From: Sumerlaeia bacterium
Lineage (GTDB): Bacteria > Sumerlaeota > Sumerlaeia > SLMS01 > JAHLLQ01
NCBI GenBank assembly: GCA_040219255.1
Contig: JAVJSW010000035.1
Location: forward strand, 1-64,000
Direction of reading: 5' to 3'
Length of the DNA: 64,000 nucleotides
Position numbers and translations under genes: made by a program. Below, in pieces: positions 1 to 9,952 of the stretch. A model generated the notes under the pieces. That model worked only from the letters and a program-made list of their open reading frames with translations, was not told where the DNA came from and made no database searches. Numbering within the stretch: the first letter of the stretch is position 1; every line of letters starts with the position of its first letter.

Positions 1-140
1 CAACGCGCGACTGGCAAAAGCCGGATTGCGCAGCCTGACCGGCAGGTACCTGATGCTCAGAGGAAACGAAACCGCCGGATGCGACATCGCACGTCCGGTG
101 GTGTGAGAGGGGGGCAGGGCGACCTACCCCCCTACTCGAT
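1..140 (+). mobile_element. Group II intron (class IIC), 3' end: domains V and VI
   Basis: 71-102 ACCGCCGGA-TGCG-ACAT-CGCA-CG-TCCGGTGGT folds as a short domain V with CGC triad and CG bulge. It is followed by a domain VI hairpin (GAGAGGGGGGCAGG GCGA CCTACCCCCCT-A-CTC) with a bulged A and the canonical AT terminus at 139-140. Confidence 0.9.
2..106 (+). CDS. Group II intron reverse transcriptase/maturase, C-terminal tail (5'-truncated by the window)
   Basis: Open frame NARLAKAGLRSLTGRYLMLRG... resembles the C-terminus of IIC intron-encoded proteins; stop at 104-106, reading through domain V. Confidence 0.7.
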   Translation, partial: NARLAKAGLRSLTGRYLMLRGNETAGCDIARPVV

Positions 141-224
141 CATTTGGCCCAACCCTGAATAATCGGAGACTAGCGGAGGTATGCTCATCGAACACTATCA
201 ATTCACACCGGACCCGTTTCACCT

Positions 225-929
225 ATGCAGGAAAACGACGAAGATCGCCCCCTGACCGAGGAAGAACTTCAGGCGCTTCATTCTCTGGAAGAGACATTGA
301 AGGAAATCGACGCGGACTGTAAAATGGAGCGCCGGTCGTGGATTCTGACTTTCCATTGCTTGTCGATGCCGGTGCTGGCGATCATGACTTTGATCCTCAG
401 CAAGTACGCTTTTGATCGAACCACTGAGCTACTGCGCCTTTTTGGGGTCAGCACCGCCATCATGACCGGATTGGCCGTGTTTCTTCGCTCCTGGGGCCTT
501 GCACGTGGAGAGTATCCCCCCAATAATCCTAAGGACAAGAAGTGGGATATTCTGATTTACTCGGCCTTTTTTGGAGTTGTGGGCGGAGGCTTGGCAATTG
601 GTCCTGTGGCCTACATCAATGCGCGGTGGGATCGCTCGAAAGGCGAGGTTTACGAGCTTCTTGTGCTGGACTATGCGAACGGAGAGGACCGTGACTGGGC
701 GGAGGTTCCTCACTGGAAAGACGAACGGAAGACGAAATCCATCTGGATTCCCAAGCGCATTTACGAAGCGTTGGAGGAAGGCGATACCACACTGAAAATC
801 CGTGTCACTCGTGGAATCTTGGGAGTGGAGTATATGGCTGCCATGGGGAGTTTTGGTAGAGCCGAGGACGAAGCTTCACCTGAGGAAGACACCTCCTTAG
901 TGAGTCCCGGCGGCTCCTCTTCGAATTAG
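225..929 (+). CDS. Hypothetical membrane protein (about 3 TM helices)
   Basis: 234-aa ORF with hydrophobic segments; visibly more AT-rich than its neighbours; 3' end overlaps aat convergently. Confidence 0.7.
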   Translation: MQENDEDRPLTEEELQALHSLEETLKEIDADCKMERRSWILTFHCLSMPVLAIMTLILSKYAFDRTTELLRLFGVSTAIMTGLAVFLRSWGLARGEYPPNNPKDKKWDILIYSAFFGVVGGGLAIGPVAYINARWDRSKGEVYELLVLDYANGEDRDWAEVPHWKDERKTKSIWIPKRIYEALEEGDTTLKIRVTRGILGVEYMAAMGSFGRAEDEASPEEDTSLVSPGGSSSN

Positions 930-1658
930 TCCCTCTGGAAAAGCCAACGCCCCCGCCTCCCAAACCCCATCCGCCGCCCGCGCCCGCACGGCGCGCTCCA
1001 GCTCCGTCAGGTACCGCCCCCGGCTCCACACCGTGCCGCCGAGGCTGAGCAGGTGGTCCGTGGGCATTTGGGCGTCGAGGAAGTGGAAACCGTGGCGCCA
1101 GAGGTGGTCCGTCAGGGCCGCCAGCGCGATCTTCGAGGCGTTCGGCTGGAGCGAAAACATCGACTCGGCGAAGAACGCGCCGCCGATGGCCAGCCCGTAA
1201 ACCCCGCCAACCAACTCGTCCGCCGCGTTCCAGACTTCGACGCTGTGGCCGTGGCCGAGGCGGTGCAGCCGCGTGTAGGCTTTGACCATGCCGGGCGTGA
1301 TCCAGGTCTTGTCGGCGCCCCGGCCGGGGGCGCGGGCGCAGCCCTCCATCACGAGGCGGAAGGCTTGGTCCAGCGTCAGCCGCAGCGTCTCCCGGCGGGT
1401 GTGCTGGCGGATGGCTTTGCGCAGGCTCCGCGCGACGTGGAAGGCGCCGGGCCGGAAGACGAGGCGTTCGGGGGGCGAGTGCCACAGGATGGGGTCGTCG
1501 TCGCTATTGAACCAGGGGAAGATGCCGCTGCGGTAGGCGAGCAGGAGACGCTGGGGCGAGAGGTCGCCGCCGATGGCCAGGAGCCCGTCGTCCGGCGCCC
1601 AGGCGGCGGGGGGAAAGAGGAGGCGCTGGTCGAGGAGCCAGACGCGCGGGGCCTTCAC
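897..1658 (-). CDS. aat: Leucyl/phenylalanyl-tRNA--protein transferase
   Basis: Motifs GLLAIGGDLSPQRLLLAYRSGIFPW, HSVEVW, GGVYG..IG..FFAESMFS, NASKIAL. GTG start overlaps the pcp stop (GTGA). Confidence 0.93.
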   Translation of the reverse strand: MKAPRVWLLDQRLLFPPAAWAPDDGLLAIGGDLSPQRLLLAYRSGIFPWFNSDDDPILWHSPPERLVFRPGAFHVARSLRKAIRQHTRRETLRLTLDQAFRLVMEGCARAPGRGADKTWITPGMVKAYTRLHRLGHGHSVEVWNAADELVGGVYGLAIGGAFFAESMFSLQPNASKIALAALTDHLWRHGFHFLDAQMPTDHLLSLGGTVWSRGRYLTELERAVRARAADGVWEAGALAFPEGLIRRGAAGTH

Positions 1659-2236
1659 CGGTGGGCGCTCCGGGCGAGCCACTCCGCCAGCGCGGCGGCG
1701 AAGGTCTCGACGGCGTTGCTGTCCCAGCGGTCCGCGCCCGGGATGTGGACGAAGACCGCGGGGACGTTGACGCTTTCGCGCCACAGCCAATGCGCCACGC
1801 CATAGTAGGTGGCGTTGCAGACGTAGCCGCCGGCGTCGTCCGACAGGGCGGAGGCGAAGCCCCGTTGGCGCAGAAACTGGATCAGGGCCGGGCGCGGATA
1901 GGGCGAAGTCAGGGTGTCCGGGCCGCCGGGTCTCAGCCAATCGCCGATGCGCGCTCGGCCGCCGTTATCCGGCGCGCCTGAGGTGACTTCGTTTCGGGCG
2001 ATGTTTTCGACCGCCACCATCTGCCTTCCGGCCGCCATGCCGAGCATCAGGATTTCGCGGGGCAGCTCGCGCTTGGCGGTCTCGATCACGAGGCGGGGGG
2101 CTTCCTCGTAGAGCACCGGCAGCGCCAGCGTCCGCGCCACCCCGAGCGCCGCCACGGCGCGCAGGACCTCCAGGCTGGTGTTGGCGGCGTGAAGGCCGAA
2201 GGGCTCGAAAGCGGTCAGGAGCGGGCGGTTCGTCAT
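1655..2236 (-). CDS. pcp: Pyroglutamyl-peptidase I (C15)
   Basis: LLTAFEPFG...N.S, SDDAGGYVCN (catalytic Cys), FVHIP (catalytic His). Confidence 0.9.
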   Translation of the reverse strand: MTNRPLLTAFEPFGLHAANTSLEVLRAVAALGVARTLALPVLYEEAPRLVIETAKRELPREILMLGMAAGRQMVAVENIARNEVTSGAPDNGGRARIGDWLRPGGPDTLTSPYPRPALIQFLRQRGFASALSDDAGGYVCNATYYGVAHWLWRESVNVPAVFVHIPGADRWDSNAVETFAAALAEWLARSAHR

Positions 2237-2295
2237 GGGGGCGATTGTCCCGCGCAGCGTGGGTGGCGTTCAAGCCCTGATGCTTCTCGAGACTT

Positions 2296-2410
2296 GACGC
2301 AAGGACGCGAAGGACTGAAGGCGCAAGGGATTCGAAGCGGAAAGGCCTTTGAGTCACGGGATCTTTCCACTGATTCTTGCCGCCTTGCCGCTGATCCTTC
2401 GTGCTCTCGT
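2296..2410 (+). repeat. Degenerate intergenic inverted-repeat hairpin (purine-rich left arm, pyrimidine-rich right arm)
   Basis: CGCGAAGGA pairs with TCCTTCGTG and AAGGCGCAAG with CTTGCCGCCTT in nested order; inner GATTCGAAG/CTTTGAGTC stem. Confidence 0.4.
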
Positions 2411-2549
2411 TTCAGAAGACACCGAGGTTCTTGACGTTTCACCTCATCATCCAGCCTCCCTTGTCTCAAGCGGACCGCCTTTTCCCGGTTTCTCAATGTT
2501 GAATTGGCCCCTGCTGGCGCCACATCTTAATCTCAACAAGTTCAATCAT

Positions 2550-2583
2550 CTCTGTGCCATCCGTGACTCGGTGGCGATTTCCT
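2550..2583 (-). repeat. Solitary arm of the family-C repeat
   Basis: CTCTGTGCCATCCGTGACTCGGTGGCGATTTCCT matches the reverse complement of 20254-20287 at 30 of 34 positions. Confidence 0.7.
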
Positions 2584-2698
2584 CCAAGAGCCCGCCCCCA
2601 CGCCGCTCCAACTCGCGCCTTGACGGATACAAGGCGGCGGTTTCTCAATGCGGGCAATTCTCGGAACCATCCGAAGAGAAAGGCTTTTTCGCTCAGTC

Positions 2699-3832
2699 AT
2701 GACCGCCGCCCCCTCCGCCGCTCAAGGTACCTTCACGACCTCCTATCCCAATCGCTGGCCCGGCCTGATCGAGCGCTACCGCGATTTCCTGCCTGTGTCG
2801 GAGAAGACGCCGGTCATTACCCTCTGCGAGGGCAACACGCCCCTCATTCCCTGCTGCCACATCAGCGAAGCCTGCGGCAAAGGCGTCCGCGTCTGGGTCA
2901 AGTACGAAGGTCTCAACCCGACTGGTTCCTTCAAGGATCGCGGCATGACCATGGCCGTGTCGAAAGCGGCGGAGGAAGGCAGCAAGGTGGTGATGTGCGC
3001 CTCGACGGGGAATACGTCGGCTTCGGCGGCGGCCTACGCGGCCCGGGCCGGGATGAAGTGCGCCGTGCTGATCCCCGCCGGCAAGAACGTGGCCCTCGGC
3101 AAACTGGCCCAGGCCATGATCGCCGGCGCCCAGGTCATCCGCATCGACGGCAATTTCGACCAGGCCCTCGACATGGTGCGCGAGATCACCGAGAAGTATC
3201 CGATCACGCTGGTCAACTCGGTGAACCCCTACCGCATCGAAGGCCAGAAGACCGGCAGCTTCGAGATCTGCGATCAGCTCGGCGGGCGCGCGCCGCACCT
3301 GCACTGCATCCCCGTGGGCAACGCGGGCAACATCACGGCCTACTGGAAGGGCTATAAGGAATGGCAGGCGGCGGGGCGCATCGACCGCGTGCCGACCATG
3401 TGGGGTTTCCAGGCCGAAGGCGCCGCCCCCATCGTGCGCGGCCACAAGGTCGATAAGCCGGAAACGATCGCCACCGCGATCCGCATCGGCAACCCGGCTT
3501 CCTGGCAATTCGCGGAAGCCGCCCGCGATGAATCCGGCGGCCGCATCGACATGGTCACGGACCACGAAATCACCGAGGCGTCGAAGATGCTGGCCAGCAA
3601 GGAAGGCGTGTTCTGCGAGCCCGCCTCCGCCGCCAGCGTGGCCGGGCTTCTGAAGAGCGCCCAGGCGGGTCTGCTCGAACCGCTCGTCCGCGAGCACGGG
3701 GAACTCACCGTCGTGTGCATCCTCACCGGCCACGGGCTGAAGGATCCGGACTTCGCGATCCTCAACACGGGCGGCGCGAAAGAAATCCCCGCCACCATGG
3801 ACGCCGTGCTGGATGTGATGGGAATGGGTTGA
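2699..3832 (+). CDS. thrC: Threonine synthase
   Basis: EGNTPL, KYEGLNPTGSFKDRG (PLP lysine), CASTGNTSAS, PVGNAGNI, EPASAA, LTGHGLKDP. Confidence 0.95.
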   Translation: MTAAPSAAQGTFTTSYPNRWPGLIERYRDFLPVSEKTPVITLCEGNTPLIPCCHISEACGKGVRVWVKYEGLNPTGSFKDRGMTMAVSKAAEEGSKVVMCASTGNTSASAAAYAARAGMKCAVLIPAGKNVALGKLAQAMIAGAQVIRIDGNFDQALDMVREITEKYPITLVNSVNPYRIEGQKTGSFEICDQLGGRAPHLHCIPVGNAGNITAYWKGYKEWQAAGRIDRVPTMWGFQAEGAAPIVRGHKVDKPETIATAIRIGNPASWQFAEAARDESGGRIDMVTDHEITEASKMLASKEGVFCEPASAASVAGLLKSAQAGLLEPLVREHGELTVVCILTGHGLKDPDFAILNTGGAKEIPATMDAVLDVMGMG

Positions 3833-4002
3833 GTCACCGGGCCCCCAGCGTTCTCACAAAGATAATATCAAATCAAAACAAATCCATCGCGAGGGAACGC
3901 GCCTCAGACTTGTCCTTGAGGCACTCCGGCGCGCGTTCTCCCGCCATGCCTATGCCCTTGCAATCCAGGGATTCATGGGAATTTTGTCCTGATTGCGGCT
4001 TT

Positions 4003-4018
4003 GGGCGCAGGGTTTGCC
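4003..4018 (+). promoter_or_regulatory. Possible sigma-54 (-24/-12) promoter
   Basis: gGGCGCAGGGTTTGC has GG-N10-GC spacing and resembles TGGCACG-N4-TTGC; lies upstream of the PilZ-like gene. Confidence 0.3.
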
Positions 4019-4254
4019 TATGAACTTATCCGAGTCGTTCCGAGCCACAGCTCTTGTCATCGTTGCGGGTTCTCGCACACCCCGCCAATGCGGCCAGGAG
4101 AATCCGGATCTTCGGTTCGCCTTCATGCCAGGATCGGGACGACCCTCATCTCCAGACGGCCGGCTTGCGACGCGAAGTCGTGAGGTACGGATTGAGCGAA
4201 CGGGTGGACAACGAACTGAACTCCAAGAACCGAGGCGCGTTCAATAGTGATGCG

Positions 4255-5187
4255 ATGAATTGGGACAGCGGGGGAGGTGAGAGCTGTCAGCGCGGCGAAA
4301 CTCGCTATCAGTGCAATTTCCCCGGCGTCCTCAAGCTCCTCGCGCCCGAACTCTCCTTCGTTCCCTTCCGCATGGCCGTTCAAGTCCGCAACGTCAGCAC
4401 CAGCGGCGCCATGGTGGAAGTCAAGACGCTGGACATCGACAAGCGGACATTTCCTCTGCGGGGCCGCTTCTTCGAACTCAAACTGGCCCACTCGGCCATT
4501 CCGGAGCTGCGGGGACTGATCGCCTGGTCCGGGATCGAGGAAGGCCAAAGTCACCTGGGTCTGACGTACCACGAACCGAACCCGGAAATCGTCAACCGTG
4601 TCGCGAACGTCCCCATGCTCAAGGATGGTCTGCCCGTGGCGCGCAGCCGGCTGCCGATGCCCGTCCTGTCTCCTTTCGATTCGGTGGTTCGCGAAGAGGA
4701 AGCGGTGCTGCGCGGCACCGCGGAGGCCGCGACCGCGGTGGAATTCCGCCGCATGGGCGAAGACAGCGGACACTGGCGCCGCATCCCGGTGCGGAGCGGG
4801 GTTTTCGAACTGCGGCTTCCCCTGCCTTATTGCGGAGAAAACCTCTTCGAAGTGCGGTCACTCCATGAGGGCATCAGCTCGACCATTCTGCCGGTCGTGA
4901 TTCATCGGATCTTGGTCGATGCGCAGCAGGGCGCCGGCGCCCGTGTCCGGACCTCGCAACGCCCCGATGGCAAGCACTCTCTCAAATTCCAGCTTTCCGG
5001 CGGCCTTCGCCCGGCACTGCCGCTGCTCGACGAATTCGGGCGATTCTTCAAGCAGGCCGAAGAACTCGTCTTCGATGTCACACTGCTCTCCACGACGCCT
5101 TTCGATGCGGTGCGGGCCGCCGCTCTGGAGGATCGCGCCCGGGAATTCCGCGCCCGCGGCTCGGACCGCAAAGGCCGGCCGGTCTAG
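4255..5187 (+). CDS. PilZ-like domain protein with C-terminal extension (start uncertain; ORF open from 4054)
   Basis: QRGETRY (RxxxR) and NVSTSGA (D/NxSxxG) PilZ signatures, followed by a beta-rich region. Confidence 0.65.
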   Translation: MNWDSGGGESCQRGETRYQCNFPGVLKLLAPELSFVPFRMAVQVRNVSTSGAMVEVKTLDIDKRTFPLRGRFFELKLAHSAIPELRGLIAWSGIEEGQSHLGLTYHEPNPEIVNRVANVPMLKDGLPVARSRLPMPVLSPFDSVVREEEAVLRGTAEAATAVEFRRMGEDSGHWRRIPVRSGVFELRLPLPYCGENLFEVRSLHEGISSTILPVVIHRILVDAQQGAGARVRTSQRPDGKHSLKFQLSGGLRPALPLLDEFGRFFKQAEELVFDVTLLSTTPFDAVRAAALEDRAREFRARGSDRKGRPV

Positions 5188-5192
5188 CGGCC

Positions 5193-6788
5193 TCATGGCA
5201 GCGGGCCGGTCCTGAGCCACAAGCTGTAGGTTCCCCCTCGATCGGAGGCCGAAACCATGAACCCGAGGCGCTCGCCGTAGGCCTGCGGCTCACCGGCCGC
5301 GAAGAGCGGGTCCGCCGGGGCGGAGGCCGAAAGCGGATCCCGCGCGATCACCAGTGGCGCGCCGAAGCCGCGGTAATCGGACGGCGCCACCGCCCCTTCT
5401 CCCGCCACCTCTTCGAAGCCGGGCCCCAGATACCACTTCCACAGCGGCGCCGAGGCCCGGTGGAAGGAAGCCGAAGTCAGGGCGCCGGCGGGAAGCCGGG
5501 CGATGACTTCGGCGTTCACGGCGGCCGTTTCGGCGTAGGGCGAGCGCGATGGCTGGGGCATTGAGGCAAACACCGAGACAGCGATAGCCCCCGCCGCCGG
5601 TGCCATGCCCAGGAGTACCCAGTATATAGGAACACGCGCGGGAGGAGCAGCGTCGGCCCTCTCGCCCTGAGCCGAACTGATCCACAACTGTCCAAAGCGC
5701 ACGAAAGTCCACCCCCCGGCGAGCGCGATCCCTGGCGCGAGCTGCACGAAGCACCGCTCGACCTTCCACGGATAGAGCAACCAGAACGCCAGCGGCACCG
5801 CGATCATGGCGGCGATCAGGCGCAGCGTCCCGCCCGGCCACAGCTTGCTCTTCCACGCCCAAAGACAGCCGAGCAGCGCCGCGACGCCCAGGAAGTGATA
5901 CCCGTAAGCCATCAGAATTCCGACGTAGAGGTAGGCTTTGAAGCCATAGCCGCGTACGCCGTCGGTGCGCTCGAGGGCGGAGGCGGCGCCGGGCACGTGG
6001 GACCGGGTGAAGTTGGCGTAAAGCTCGCCGAAGAAACTGCGGAATTCCGGGTACGCATCCCTCAGGAGCCAATCGGCCGCAAGCAGCGCGCCCTCGATGG
6101 CGATCACGCAGCCGGCCGCCCCCGCGATCACCGCCATCCGCCGCCGGGGGGGCTCGGAAGGCCAGTACGCTACCAGAAGGGCCAGCAGCAGCGGCAGTAT
6201 GTTGTAATGGCAGGTGAACGCGAAAAACGCGCTGGCCCCCGCCAGCGCCCCCATCAGCAGCGGCCGACGCTCGATGTGCATCAGCCAGAGTGCCAGCATG
6301 GCGAAAAACAGCGCCGGGGTGGTGCTCAGGGCCGTGCGCGCGGAATGGGCCAGGAGCGGGCTGGCCACGCAGAAAATCCCCACCGCCCGCGCCGCCCAGG
6401 GCCAATCGAAGCGCCGCAGGGCCACCAGGTAGGTGAGCCAGACTATTCCGACAAAGGAGAGCGCGTTGATCCAGAGCGCAACGGAGGCTGACACGGATCC
6501 AGAGAAGATTCCTCCCAAGGCAAGCAATCCGACGTAACCTGGTTTGGCGGCGAAGAAAAGGGTCCCGCCGGTCTCATGGATCGACTCCGCCAAAGCTCCC
6601 AGACTCACGCCCCCAAGGACGCCCTTCAGGCCGAGGACGATCGTGTTGGCGGCGAGCAGGAAGTGCCCTTCGTCGTGGATGGCGACGCCCCGCTCTCCGA
6701 TGCCAACGCTGACCCAGAGGAGAGCGGCGAGGGGGAGGATGGCGGCTTTGAATCGGTGCGAGAGGCTGGTAGGACTGCTTGCGGGCAC
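5193..6788 (-). CDS. Multi-pass membrane protein, GT-C/ArnT(PMT)-like glycosyltransferase
   Basis: First TM followed by a DE motif (HDEGHF), KPGY, then many TM helices; start approximate. Confidence 0.65.
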   Translation of the reverse strand: MPASSPTSLSHRFKAAILPLAALLWVSVGIGERGVAIHDEGHFLLAANTIVLGLKGVLGGVSLGALAESIHETGGTLFFAAKPGYVGLLALGGIFSGSVSASVALWINALSFVGIVWLTYLVALRRFDWPWAARAVGIFCVASPLLAHSARTALSTTPALFFAMLALWLMHIERRPLLMGALAGASAFFAFTCHYNILPLLLALLVAYWPSEPPRRRMAVIAGAAGCVIAIEGALLAADWLLRDAYPEFRSFFGELYANFTRSHVPGAASALERTDGVRGYGFKAYLYVGILMAYGYHFLGVAALLGCLWAWKSKLWPGGTLRLIAAMIAVPLAFWLLYPWKVERCFVQLAPGIALAGGWTFVRFGQLWISSAQGERADAAPPARVPIYWVLLGMAPAAGAIAVSVFASMPQPSRSPYAETAAVNAEVIARLPAGALTSASFHRASAPLWKWYLGPGFEEVAGEGAVAPSDYRGFGAPLVIARDPLSASAPADPLFAAGEPQAYGERLGFMVSASDRGGTYSLWLRTGPLP

Positions 6789-7246
6789 GGACAAAGACTC
6801 CAGGAGGGGGGCTGGGGGCGGGCTTGATCGGCGGACAGTTCCCGCAGACAAGGCCCGAGGGGGCAAGGAAGGAGCACCGATAAAATTCCCACCGATTTTT
6901 TGAGCGTTGAATTTCTCTTGCCACACGTCTCGCCTCTCGGCAGTGCTAGTGGGAACTCGAAACTCAATGAAGTGAGTGTTTTCTGCCAGATTTCGAGCAA
7001 AGCGACAACGAGGAGGAGGGAAGCGTTCCGTTTTTTTCCTAGTCGGGCATTTTTTGACTTGTTCGCCATCACCGCGTCCGCGTTATCTGGCTAAAGAGTC
7101 CGAAAGTCACTCGGCAAGGCAAGCGGTGGCCCACCCTCGAACCACAAGTCGTTGTTGCGCCCGCTCCCTAGGGTCCCCCTTATCGGCCTCGAAAGAACGA
7201 AACTCCTGGGAGTCCTCACTTCTCCCAAAGGAAGAGTACACCGCCC

Positions 7247-8395
7247 ATGTTCGGATCCAAATCGATCATCGGCCTGGATGTCGGATCATCGAAGGTCAAG
7301 GCGATCCAGTTGAAGAAAAAGGGCAATCGCTTGGAGCTTGAGCGCTTCGGCATCGCCGACGTGTTTCCCAACGGCGACCGGTCGGCGGCTCAGGGCGATG
7401 TGCGCCAGTTGCAGATGCAAGCGGTGCGCCGAGCTCTGGAAGCTGGCAAGATCAACGCCAAGTACTGCGTCTCGGCGGTCAGCGGCGAGTCGATCATCGT
7501 CCGCTACATCCAACTCCCCCAGATGCCCGAAGCGGAGTTGAAGAACGCCCTCAGGTGGGAAGCGGAGGAATACATCCCCTTCTCCATCGAAGAGGTGAAC
7601 ATCGACTCCGTCGTTCTCGGTCCCTCCGCCACTCAAGGCAAGGTGGACGTGCTCTTGTGCGCCGCCAAGAAGGACATGGTCAGCGATCACCTCGAAATCG
7701 TGCGCAGCGTGAATCTGACGCCGGCCGTTGTGGACGTCGACTCCTTCGCGTTCCTCAACACGTTTGAGTACTGCTACCAGCCGCAGCCCACCGATTGCGT
7801 GGCGCTGGTGAACATCGGCGCGGAAATCACCAACATCAACATCTACATCGGCGGCACGTCGCGCTTCTCGCGCGATATCTCCGTCGCCGGCAACGCGATC
7901 ACCCAATCGATCGCACAGAAGACCGGCTTGCCCTTCGCGCAGGCCGAGGAACTCAAGCAAATCCTTGGCGCTCCCCTTCCAGAAGATCAGGGGGAAAACG
8001 ACGAGGAAGAGGAGTCCTCCCTCATCAGTTCGATCCGCGGCACGGTGGAACGCATCACCGGCTCGGACCTGGGAGACGACTCGCAGGAAGCGACCGCCGC
8101 GCGAGCCGCGCGCAACACGCTCGTTCAACTCATCAGCGAAATTCGCCGCTCGATCCAGTTCTTCGAGAACCAGGCTGGCGGCGCCACGATCTCCAAGCTT
8201 CTGCTGGGCGGCGGCTCTTCCCGCATGCCCCACTTGGCCGATTTCATGGCCTCGGAACTGGAAGTGCCGGTCGAAATCCTCGACCCTCTGCGCAACATCG
8301 CCGTCTCCAGTTCGGTCGATCAAGCGCTCCTGAGCAACTCGAAAGAATTCCTGGGCGTGGGCATTGGCCTCGCGCTGCGGGAGAAGGTGGCCTGA
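7247..8395 (+). CDS. pilM: Type IV pilus assembly protein PilM
   Basis: IGLDVGSSKVK, EAEEYIPF, VNIGAEIT, IRRSIQFF, LGGG, GLALR: actin-like PilM motifs. Confidence 0.95.
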   Translation: MFGSKSIIGLDVGSSKVKAIQLKKKGNRLELERFGIADVFPNGDRSAAQGDVRQLQMQAVRRALEAGKINAKYCVSAVSGESIIVRYIQLPQMPEAELKNALRWEAEEYIPFSIEEVNIDSVVLGPSATQGKVDVLLCAAKKDMVSDHLEIVRSVNLTPAVVDVDSFAFLNTFEYCYQPQPTDCVALVNIGAEITNINIYIGGTSRFSRDISVAGNAITQSIAQKTGLPFAQAEELKQILGAPLPEDQGENDEEEESSLISSIRGTVERITGSDLGDDSQEATAARAARNTLVQLISEIRRSIQFFENQAGGATISKLLLGGGSSRMPHLADFMASELEVPVEILDPLRNIAVSSSVDQALLSNSKEFLGVGIGLALREKVA

Positions 8396-8398
8396 CCG

Positions 8399-9271
8399 AT
8401 GATTCGTATCAACCTCCTTGCACAACAGCAGGCGTCCGGCAAAGCCGCCGCGGCCCCGAAAGCGGGCGGGGGCGGGGGCTTCAACGCCACCGGTCTCCTG
8501 GTCGCCGTGATCCTTCTGATCGCTCTCGGCGCGGCCCTCGGCTCGGCTTTAATGTTCTTCAACAGAGTGCGCGAGTCCCAATTGGCGGTCGAGCGACTGC
8601 AAGCCGAGAAGAAGAGCATCGACGCGGAGATTAATAAGAAGCGCGCCGATTCGGAAGATCTGGCTCGCACGCTCTCCGTGCTCAAAACCCAATACGTCGT
8701 CCTCCAGGCGCTCGATCCGCCGGACCGCCTCCTGTGGTCCCGCAAGCTCAACGTCCTTCCCATGTACGTCCCCGGCGGCATTTTCCTCACCGACATCACG
8801 GTGACGGAAAACGTGAAGGAAGTGGAGTTGCCCGAATCCCGCCGCCGCTACGCGGACTGGGAAAAGAACGACAAGAAGGGCACCCCGCCCACGCGCACCT
8901 TCAAGCCCGTCATCACGCAGCAGATGAGCCTCAAGGGAGTCTCCTTCGTGACGGAAGGCGGAAGTTCGGAGCGCATCCGCAAGATCATCGACTTCTACAA
9001 CGATCTGCGCGATAAGAAGGTCACGCTGGAGTGGAATGGCGAAGAAGTGAACTTCATGGATAAGTTCAAGGACGAGGAAGCGTTCTCGGATTTCGAGAGC
9101 GTGGAAATCGACAAGCGTCAATGCACGAAGTTCGCCTTCAACTTCACCACCCGTGAATTGAACACCCAGGTGGACCTGGAATCCGCCGAGTTGCCTGGCG
9201 CGGAAGCGCCCGCCGCCCGCCCCGCGGCCCGCCGCGGCCGGCCAGCCGCGGACGAGGGTAACGCCGAATGA
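8399..9271 (+). CDS. pilN: PilN-like protein
   Basis: MIRINLL PilM-binding motif, a TM helix and a coiled coil; directly after pilM. Confidence 0.85.
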   Translation: MIRINLLAQQQASGKAAAAPKAGGGGGFNATGLLVAVILLIALGAALGSALMFFNRVRESQLAVERLQAEKKSIDAEINKKRADSEDLARTLSVLKTQYVVLQALDPPDRLLWSRKLNVLPMYVPGGIFLTDITVTENVKEVELPESRRRYADWEKNDKKGTPPTRTFKPVITQQMSLKGVSFVTEGGSSERIRKIIDFYNDLRDKKVTLEWNGEEVNFMDKFKDEEAFSDFESVEIDKRQCTKFAFNFTTRELNTQVDLESAELPGAEAPAARPAARRGRPAADEGNAE

Positions 9272-9335
9272 ACCCCTTCGTGACAACCGTTTCTTCAACG
9301 ACCGAGATGTTGCCTCCGGAAGGATGCCGAGAGCC

Positions 9336-9893
9336 ATGAAGTTGACCGATCAACAAAAACAAGCCCTGATCGCCGGATTGATCCTGGCGGCGTTTCTAGG
9401 ATTCCTCAGCGGCTATTACTACATGATGGTCGTGAAACCGACCCTCACCCGAAACGACAAGGTGATCTCCGAATTGCGCGCGGAAGTCTCCACCAGCAAG
9501 CGGGAACTCGAACGCATCAACGCGATCCTGAACAACCCGCAGGAACTCCGGCGCCTGCAGGAAGTCGTTTCGCGGGCGGAACGCCGCCTTCCCAAGAAAA
9601 ACAGCACCATTGAATTCTTGACGGTGTTGCAGGAAAACCTGACTAAGACCGGATTGGCGACGACTCGTGTCTCTCCCAGTGGCGTCGTGAAACGCCAGAT
9701 GTACGAGGAGTATCCCTTCGCCATCAAGGGCTCGGGCCGCTACCACGCCATCGGTCAGTTCCTCAATCTGATCGAATGCAACCCGGAGCGGTTCATGCGC
9801 GTGAACAGCTTCACCATCGAGAACAACGACCGGCGCCCCAGCCAGCACCCGCTGAGCCTGGTGGTGTCCACGTTCACCTTCACCCCGCAGTAA
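9336..9893 (+). CDS. pilO: Type IV pilus assembly protein PilO
   Basis: TM, coiled coil, RLP, Y.E.P..I..SG.YH..GQFL; operon position. Confidence 0.88.
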   Translation: MKLTDQQKQALIAGLILAAFLGFLSGYYYMMVVKPTLTRNDKVISELRAEVSTSKRELERINAILNNPQELRRLQEVVSRAERRLPKKNSTIEFLTVLQENLTKTGLATTRVSPSGVVKRQMYEEYPFAIKGSGRYHAIGQFLNLIECNPERFMRVNSFTIENNDRRPSQHPLSLVVSTFTFTPQ

Positions 9894-9952
9894 GCGCCGT
9901 CCCGCGCCGGCCCGGGGGAACCTCCCCCGGCCGGCTCGAGGACCAGGAAAGG

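Noticed and set aside
141-224. Integron attC site next to the IIC intron
   Set aside because: No convincing RYYYAAC/GTTRRRY box pair is visible.
2237-2698. T-box, riboswitch or Thr-rich leader peptide upstream of thrC
   Set aside because: No T-box consensus or Thr/Ile leader was found; the structure is better explained by decayed repeats.
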